Source: Azolla caroliniana (lineage: Eukaryota; Plantae; Polypodiophyta). Taken from it: a DNA stretch of 21,294 nt. Positions within the stretch are counted from its first letter, which is position 1; each line of letters starts with the position of its first letter. The DNA is taken from NCBI GenBank assembly GCA_043228905.1, contig JBHGNT010000533.1, forward strand, positions 1-21,294. Direction: 5' to 3'. The position numbers and the translations under genes were made by a program. Positions 15,491 through 21,294 of the stretch are shown piece by piece. Under the pieces are notes generated by a model. That model was not told the origin of the DNA and ran no database searches. It saw only the letters and a list, made by a program, of their open reading frames with translations.

Positions 15491-16072
15491 TTATTTTAAT
15501 TTACCTGTGATAAGATATTTTAAGAAGCCAGCAAGTTCTTTGCCAATTTTCTTATCAACCAGTTCTTTAAGATTTTGTTTTTGAGTTTCATCGAGGTCGA
15601 AAGAATCAACTAAATCTTTATAAGAAAGGATTGGTAAAGTTTCCCATGAAGCTTCAGTTTCAGGTTTTTTACGCTCATTTCTACCCTGACGTTGCATTTT
15701 TTGCATTGGGTTAGATACGTAATGTTTTGATTGTTATCAATTTGATGAAATTTATAGCGGTAAGATTCAATCGTATTCAAATCTTTTGCTTTAATTGTTA
15801 AAATACCTTCATTAATGAAGATTTCAGTTACAGATACTTGAGCAGCAAGGCCTAATTTATAAACTGAAAGTTCTGTACCAATTTCAATGAATATCTTTTA
15901 CTTTGATTTTGGTAATTACATTGTTTTCAAGTTCAATTATAGCAATAGTGTTTTCAGGATTATCTTCAAAGATAGTACTTTTAACTTCTTTTGAAAGAAT
16001 TTGCGAATGTGTATTAAAGAATACTTGCTCTGCTGCTTTATAGCCGCTTAATACTACTTGGTGTTTTTTCAT
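15491..16072 (-). CDS. hypothetical protein(s); ORFs 15884-16072 and 15491-15706 linked by an open frame, probably one frameshifted gene
   Basis: The intervening frame reads IEIGTELSVYKLGLAAQVSVTEIFINEGILTIKAKDLNTIESYRYKFHQI with no ATG of its own. Confidence 0.5.
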
Positions 16073-16109
16073 TTTCGATTTTTATTTGTTTAATAATTAA
16101 TTGTTATGA

Positions 16110-16151
16110 CAAATCTAACAACTTAAATTGAATAAAAAAATTATTTTTCAA
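16110..16151 (-). promoter_or_regulatory. conserved phage promoter repeat
   Basis: TTGAA-N14-TTCAAT-N9-TAGATTTG. Confidence 0.72.
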
Positions 16152-16511
16152 TATTTGTTAAAATATTTTTTTGCAGCTTCTTCTTTTTAAGTTTTTCAAC
16201 CAAACCCATTATTCTACCCTGATCTTTAAGATCAAGGTTTAAAATTGAATAAACTAGGTTAAAGTAGTCATTTACTTGTTGAGTTACAACTGATTCTTCA
16301 ATACCAACCTTTAATACATCACGGCTAATATTTTTAAAAGTGTTTCAAGTTTCTTTTCCAATCCATCTGTGAGATTGAATAAATACTTATTATTTTCTTC
16401 ATTTACACCATATTCAAGTTTATTTAACTGTAAATAATACTTAAATAATTCACCTGAAATTAAGGCACCTATCTTAACCCTTAATTTGATTTCCGCTTTT
16501 GTTTGCTGCAT
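16141..16511 (-). CDS. hypothetical protein, frameshift near 16335
   Basis: ORF 16311-16511 continues in another frame: NISRDVLKVGIEESVVTQQVNDYFNLVYSILNL...IEK*. Confidence 0.6.
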
Positions 16512-16532
16512 TTTTACGCTTTCTTATTTGTT

Positions 16533-16853
16533 TTAAGCTATGAAAACTAGGACTACCATAATTATTCCACCAATGATACTTTCGTCTAATGGGCAGTTGG
16601 TGTCAACGTTTCTATCAAAAGATACTACATTACCATGACTATAACCAAAAGTCCTTTTTACTACACATTGCTTTCCAGTAAAATTATACATGTTTCTAAC
16701 TAATCCACATTGAGTATCGCCATTTCTGTAAATGTTAAAAACATCTCCATCGTATAATTCATTGTTAGGCGGTAAAAAAGGAATGTTTCCAAATGGATAA
16801 ATTCCTGTAGGGCTTGCAACTACATCATTGCCTATATTACATCCTAGTTCCAT
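16533..16853 (-). CDS. hypothetical protein with four Cys and hydrophobic C-terminus
   Basis: 106-aa ORF ending IIGGIIMVVLVFIA. Confidence 0.55.
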   Translation of the reverse strand: MELGCNIGNDVVASPTGIYPFGNIPFLPPNNELYDGDVFNIYRNGDTQCGLVRNMYNFTGKQCVVKRTFGYSHGNVVSFDRNVDTNCPLDESIIGGIIMVVLVFIA

Positions 16854-16854
16854 T

Positions 16855-17691
16855 TTATTTTTCTTCGTGTAATTCCCATTTCCAAAAATTACTTTCCATA
16901 CAATTCAAAGCAAATATTCTATGCTGAGGTGCAGTGCTTTTTGAAAAATGAGATTCAGGTGAACATTCTATTATTATTTTTGGTATTGGCAATTTTTTTA
17001 CAAATTCTACTAAAGCTCTTGTTTCTTCGTGCATATAAGTAGTCATATAAGCTATTATATCATACTCGATAATTTTTGAAGCAACAAATTCTTTCGGAAG
17101 TTCACGAACATCAAATAAAGAAAAAGAATCAATGTTTTCTTCAATAGTCCATTTATAAAAATTACCTACTGAATAGCTAAAACCATGATCATTTTCAAGG
17201 AATAAGATTTTCTTATGTCCAATTACATCTTTTAATTGTTTAGTGATTTCATCATAGTTTTCAAATTTAAAAGGTAAATGACCACCATAAACGTGATTAA
17301 TATTAGGACGACCTTCTAAAGCTATTTTGGTAAAATCTATTGAACCATGAGAAAGATATTCTGTTTTTGTAACAACTCTTTCAACTTCTTTTTCAACAAT
17401 CTTTGTTTTATGAATAATTTTTTCAACTTCAACTTCGATAATTTGTGGAGGTTCAGGAATATCTTCAAATAAAACTAAATCATTACCTGTTTGAAAAACT
17501 TCATATTGAATTACTTGTCCATAACCTCTATCATCCATTATTGAACGCATATTATCCGTCAACCAATCGTCAGCTTCTTGTGCTGTAGAAAGTCCGTTAG
17601 GGAAATCTTCAATATGATATTCCTTTTCAGACTTACCATGACGAATAAATTCTATCCAATATTGGAATTGAGTAACTTCTTTAGTTTCCAT
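16855..17691 (-). CDS. hypothetical protein; C-terminal alpha/beta (receiver-like) domain possible
   Basis: 278 aa with an EVEKII..KIVEKEVERV linker; KKILFLEND...YDIIAY pattern. Confidence 0.75.
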   Translation of the reverse strand: METKEVTQFQYWIEFIRHGKSEKEYHIEDFPNGLSTAQEADDWLTDNMRSIMDDRGYGQVIQYEVFQTGNDLVLFEDIPEPPQIIEVEVEKIIHKTKIVEKEVERVVTKTEYLSHGSIDFTKIALEGRPNINHVYGGHLPFKFENYDEITKQLKDVIGHKKILFLENDHGFSYSVGNFYKWTIEENIDSFSLFDVRELPKEFVASKIIEYDIIAYMTTYMHEETRALVEFVKKLPIPKIIIECSPESHFSKSTAPQHRIFALNCMESNFWKWELHEEK

Positions 17692-17693
17692 TA

Positions 17694-17834
17694 CTATCTG
17701 CTTAAATTGTTTAACGTGTTATGAGTATGACCATACCATAATGCATAAATCGTAAAGAATATGATTGCCAAACCTCCGACAATCATAAACCAATGGATTT
17801 GATGTTTGTTTAAAAATTGATTTAACTTGTTCAT
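17694..17834 (-). CDS. small single-TM protein (46 aa) ending TAG-TAA
   Basis: MNKLNQFLNKHQIHWFMIVGGLAIIFFTIYALWYGHTHNTLNNLSR*, first gene after the promoter at 17857; not in the ORF track. Confidence 0.7.
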   Translation of the reverse strand: MNKLNQFLNKHQIHWFMIVGGLAIIFFTIYALWYGHTHNTLNNLSR

Positions 17835-17856
17835 ATCTTTATTGATTTTGATATGA

Positions 17857-17899
17857 CAAATATAAATACTATATTTGAATAAAAAAACTTTTTTTCAAA
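17857..17899 (-). promoter_or_regulatory. conserved phage promoter repeat
   Basis: TTTGAA-N14-TTCAAA-N9-TATATTTG. Confidence 0.75.
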
Positions 17900-18452
17900 T
17901 TATTTTTCTTTTCCATCAATTTTGCTTCTACAATAGCTTCTAGGGCATTTATTTTATCTCTTAAATAAACAATATGTTTTTTACTCAAATCAAAAACCGT
18001 CTGTTTTTTATTTCTTTCAAATTTGATTTGTTCATTTAGATCAACATTTTCTGCGTCAATTAAAACTAAAAGATCATCAATAACAGGCTTACAGAGTTTT
18101 GTTTGTTTAGCTAATTCTACAATAAGCTTAACAATTTTGTCTTGTTTTTCCGGATGACGTTCCAGTTCAAGGCATAATTCGCTTAAACTATATATAGGTG
18201 ATAGTTGATTTCTTATTTGGCTTGAAGTGTTTCTTTTTCATTTTGTGAATTTGAAATTGACCAACCTTCATCCCAAAGTGGTCCGGGCATGTCTGCCCAA
18301 AAATCATCCCAACTATACCGTACACCAGAAGCATCTTGAATTTTCTTTAAAAAATTCTTACGTTTAAGTTCGATAAATTCAAACGGTCTAAAAGATGTGT
18401 GTGTTATTTTATAACCATCTTTCAACGCTTTTTTTGCTTCTTCTAAATTCAT
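17900..18452 (-). CDS. hypothetical protein, frameshift near 18216
   Basis: ORF 18213-18452 continues as IRNQLSPIYSLSELCLELERHPEKQDKIVKLIVEL... to about 17900. Confidence 0.55.
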
Positions 18453-18468
18453 TGTTTGGTATATTAGG

Positions 18469-18772
18469 TTAATTCCTTATCCATGAGTACATTGTCCAAT
18501 CTTTTCCTAATTGAAACGCTTCTTCCGGTGCATTTTCAACATTTTGAATATAAAATACTCTCATTTGTTTATATCGACTTGAAGATTCAATATATTGACT
18601 TTTAACAACTGTATCAGTACTTACAAGATTTTTAAGTAATGCACCATGATGTTTTAAAGTCGCAGTAAATGCTTCAATTTCACTCTCATTATCCATATAA
18701 AATGGAGGAATGTAAAATAAAGTCTTTTCAGCTGTGGAAAAGAACAAGTTTTGTGCGATCGTTTCCAGACAT
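18469..18772 (-). CDS. hypothetical protein (likely ATG 18772 with an early indel)
   Basis: The main frame is 18469-18747; ATG 18772 follows the promoter but is out of frame by one base. Confidence 0.65.
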
Positions 18773-18790
18773 TGTTTAAGTTTTGTTAAA

Positions 18791-18833
18791 CAAATGTACT
18801 ACAAAGATTTGAATTAAAAAAATTTATTTCAAA
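18791..18833 (-). promoter_or_regulatory. conserved phage promoter repeat
   Basis: TTTGAA-N14-TTCAAA-N9-TACATTTG. Confidence 0.75.
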
Positions 18834-18834
18834 A

Positions 18835-19173
18835 TTACAACTGATGTACTTTAACCAATGTAATTTTATCTTTGTTGATTACTAGATGCTGAAATCTTTC
18901 ATAAAATTTAAAATCATCTGTTTCATATTCATGAATGAAATAACCTTGCTCTTGCAGCTTAATAATGTCTTCTTTAGGGAACCACTGATACAAAGAATCC
19001 AAAGTATCTGTTGCTGACAGATAACCTTGAAGCTCTGGATCAAAATCCATTAATAGTCCAGTATTTCTACAGAAATTAAATTCATTATGAATTAATCCTG
19101 TAAATTTACCTTCGAAGTCATACCAAAGGCCTTGTTTTGTGTCAATGTGACATACTCTAAAAAATGTTGACAT
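18835..19173 (-). CDS. hypothetical protein
   Basis: 112-aa ORF, FRV...QGLWY...LSA...L.QWF. Confidence 0.75.
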   Translation of the reverse strand: MSTFFRVCHIDTKQGLWYDFEGKFTGLIHNEFNFCRNTGLLMDFDPELQGYLSATDTLDSLYQWFPKEDIIKLQEQGYFIHEYETDDFKFYERFQHLVINKDKITLVKVHQL

Positions 19174-19174
19174 A

Positions 19175-19755
19175 TTATTTTCCTCTAAATGATGTTTTTA
19201 AATCAAAACCCGCTGATAGTATTTTTTCTTTATCTGATTGTGGTTTAGAATCGATATCCTTAGGCGCAAGCCACGCTGATAAAGCCAAATAAATATCTTG
19301 TGGCGGAAGTATTTGATTTACTTTAAACTGATCTAACCTTGGGTATTTATACACATAGGAACCCCATTGAATAAGAATTGGGCAATTTTCTTTTTCATTG
19401 TTTTTAATTTTATCTTCAAATGGAGTAAATGAAACTGAAGAATATTTTGAATAAGTGTTGAAAGAAGAATGTGTATTTTCAAGAATCAAAGCTGAATCAT
19501 ATTCTTTAATTTCTTCAATCTGCTCTGGAGTTCTTTTATCAATTTCTTTTATTTTATCACCCCAATAAAATTGACCATAATACCAAACACATTGATAAGT
19601 TTTACCACAAATGTAAAATGAAATTACTTTACAATCATTTTCATAAAGTTCAAATGAAATTGAGGCGTACGTCGATCAAGAATAATTTTTTCATCAACTC
19701 CATAAATATGGGTTAAATAGTCATAATAATCTTTAAATTTGCTCAGAATTTTCAT
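19175..19755 (-). CDS. hypothetical phage protein, frameshift near 19665
   Basis: N-terminus MKILSKFKDYYDYLTHIYGVD joins the frame ending KILSAGFDLKTSFRGK. Confidence 0.7.
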
Positions 19756-20205
19756 ATAATTTTAAATAATTAATTGCATTATATAATGTTTGTATATTAT
19801 CTTTTAATAAACCCAAAGCTTTATTGCATTGAGGGCATAATAAACCTCTGACAATACCTGTCAAATGACAGTGATCAATATGTAATTTTCTTTTTAATTC
19901 TTTTTCTGATCGTTTACATAATATACACTGATTATTTTGTTTTTCTTTTAATCCATCAATAAATTCTGGTGTTACTCCATAATTACTTTTTAAAAGAGTT
20001 CTACGTCTATTTCTGGATTTTTTAATAAAGAGCGTTTTGCTATTTCTTTTATACGTTCTTTATTTTCTTCAATATATTTTTTATATTTAATTTTTGAACA
20101 TTCAATACATTTAGCCCAAACACCATATTTACCTTTTGGTACTTTGTAAAATTTATCTAATGTTTTTGAAATTTTACAAATATTGCATGTTTTTTCTATT
20201 GACAT
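19733..20205 (-). CDS. endonuclease VII family (His-Me finger) protein, frameshift near 20011
   Basis: N-terminal CxxC..CxxC, then YGVT...QNNQCILC...LHIDHCHLTGIVRGLLCPQCNKALG. Confidence 0.9.
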
Positions 20206-20601
20206 TATTTCAAATATTCTTTTAAAGCAGGTAAACCATTTGATGTAGTATTCAAACTAACTGCTGTTATTTTAAATTCGATAATTTTATTACCCTCTGA
20301 CTTAATTATATGACCTTGAATAGCCGGATAAAGATTTTTCAATTTCTCAAAATCATTAAATCTACTATTGTGAGTGTAAAAATTAATGTCAGTGTAAATT
20401 TCTTCATCTATAATTTTAGTATCTGAAGGTTCTCCCACAATAAATTCAGGTGATCTATGTGCTGAATGATTCCATTCAATAAATCCAATTTTATCTATTT
20501 TTGATAAATCGCTCAGGCACATGTAAATATTGCCTACCAGTACTTGTCGGTCCTGATTTAAGAATACAAACACATTTCAATTTTTTCAGTCTAATTCCCA
20601 T
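20205..20601 (-). CDS. hypothetical protein (probable ATG 20601, frameshift near 20500)
   Basis: MGIRLKKLKCVCILKSGPTSTGRQYLHVPERFIK joins IDKIGFIEWNH... across an A5 run. Confidence 0.55.
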
Positions 20602-20986
20602 CTGATTCGTATAAAAAGTGCGCGTTACCAATAAACATCAAGAAATTTCCACAATCTGCTAAATGTTCTCTAATCCTATCTGGATTCTGTTCAATTAAAG
20701 CATTACTAAGTTTTTCTTCATGATACCGAAGTTCATCAAGCATTTTAGGTACATCACCCCAATCTTCCCAATCAGTACCTTTATTAGGTTCATTAGCCTT
20801 AAGTTCATTATGCATATCATTTGCAAATTTTTGAACTTTAGGATTAATGAGATCAATTTTTGAAGCTATGTAATAATGTTGCTCATTTAACCAGCGAAAA
20901 AATTCTTGAATTGAACCAGGGCATAAAATACCACCTGAACGCTTAGTTTCAGTACACCATTGCTTATATAATGTTTCTATTTTCAT
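20591..20986 (-). CDS. MazG-like all-alpha NTP pyrophosphohydrolase
   Basis: FA..M..EL.AN..KG..W and EHLADCGNFLMFI motif. Confidence 0.6.
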   Translation of the reverse strand: MKIETLYKQWCTETKRSGGILCPGSIQEFFRWLNEQHYYIASKIDLINPKVQKFANDMHNELKANEPNKGTDWEDWGDVPKMLDELRYHEEKLSNALIEQNPDRIREHLADCGNFLMFIGNAHFLYESDGN

Positions 20987-21146
20987 TTACTGATATGACA
21001 CTTGTATCTCCTTCCCTCAAAGGGATTTGATTAATTTGTTCTTCTGTTCCAATTGTATCTGGATTAGATAAATACGCTCTTGTAAAAAGTTCACGCCAAC
21101 CTTTATCTAGTTGCTTTATTCTTTCAGGGTCTTTTGTATTCCACAT
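20964..21146 (-). CDS. small hypothetical protein
   Basis: 60-aa ORF with ATG and an A/T-rich leader. Confidence 0.6.
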   Translation of the reverse strand: MWNTKDPERIKQLDKGWRELFTRAYLSNPDTIGTEEQINQIPLREGDTSVISVNENRNII

Positions 21147-21156
21147 ATTTATATTT

Positions 21157-21294
21157 TTACTGATCCCACCAATCTGAAATTTCTTGATCTGTTTTATCTC
21201 TAAATTCTGGATTTAATCTTCGCATATCAAAATAAAATTTTTGAGCCCACTCAAGCTTACTTAAAATTAAAGGACGAGCATATTTACTATCCTT
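21157..21294 (-). CDS. 3' end of a gene starting beyond the window
   Basis: Open frame KDSKYARPLILSKLEWAQKFYFDMRRLNPEFRDKTDQEISDWWDQ*. Confidence 0.6.
   Translation of the reverse strand, partial: KDSKYARPLILSKLEWAQKFYFDMRRLNPEFRDKTDQEISDWWDQ

Noticed and set aside
758-18833. Promoter repeats as CRISPR repeats or transposon ends
   Set aside because: They are dispersed kilobases apart, always just upstream of a start codon, with no spacers, cas genes or transposase.

Overview
AT-rich, gene-dense segment of what looks like a large dsDNA phage of a Bacteroidota host. Repeated TAnnTTTG -7 promoter boxes support this, and I see no evident Shine-Dalgarno signals. Every credible gene is on the minus strand. 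Many genes are split by single-base indels in homopolymer runs (uncorrected long-read-type error), so I rejoined the ORF-track fragments by hand. The left part (1-7550) carries accessory and repair genes: an HD hydrolase, an AEP-like primase, UvsE UV endonuclease, ATP-dependent DNA ligase, a SLOG protein, a CX5R phosphatase and an ASCH/PUA-like protein. The right part (10.0-21.3 kb) carries mostly small hypothetical genes plus an HNH/NUMOD4 remnant, a TPM-domain membrane protein, endonuclease VII and a MazG-like protein, arranged in cassettes behind a conserved ~43-bp promoter repeat. The most unusual part is a translation/RNA operon at ~7590-10025, bounded by a promoter and an intrinsic terminator. 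It contains a boxA, a tmRNA with a long tag, two aberrant tRNA-like RNAs, an unassigned ~285-nt pseudoknotted RNA and a tRNA with an 8-nt (C)CUA-containing anticodon loop. It also contains a PTH2-like peptidyl-tRNA hydrolase cassette led by the leader ORF M-K-(amber)-IKSIFGVPP-stop. The 3' end of that leader can pair with the initiation region of the next gene, making it a candidate amber-readthrough/ribosome-stalling sensor. All family assignments come from motifs read by eye; no database search was run.
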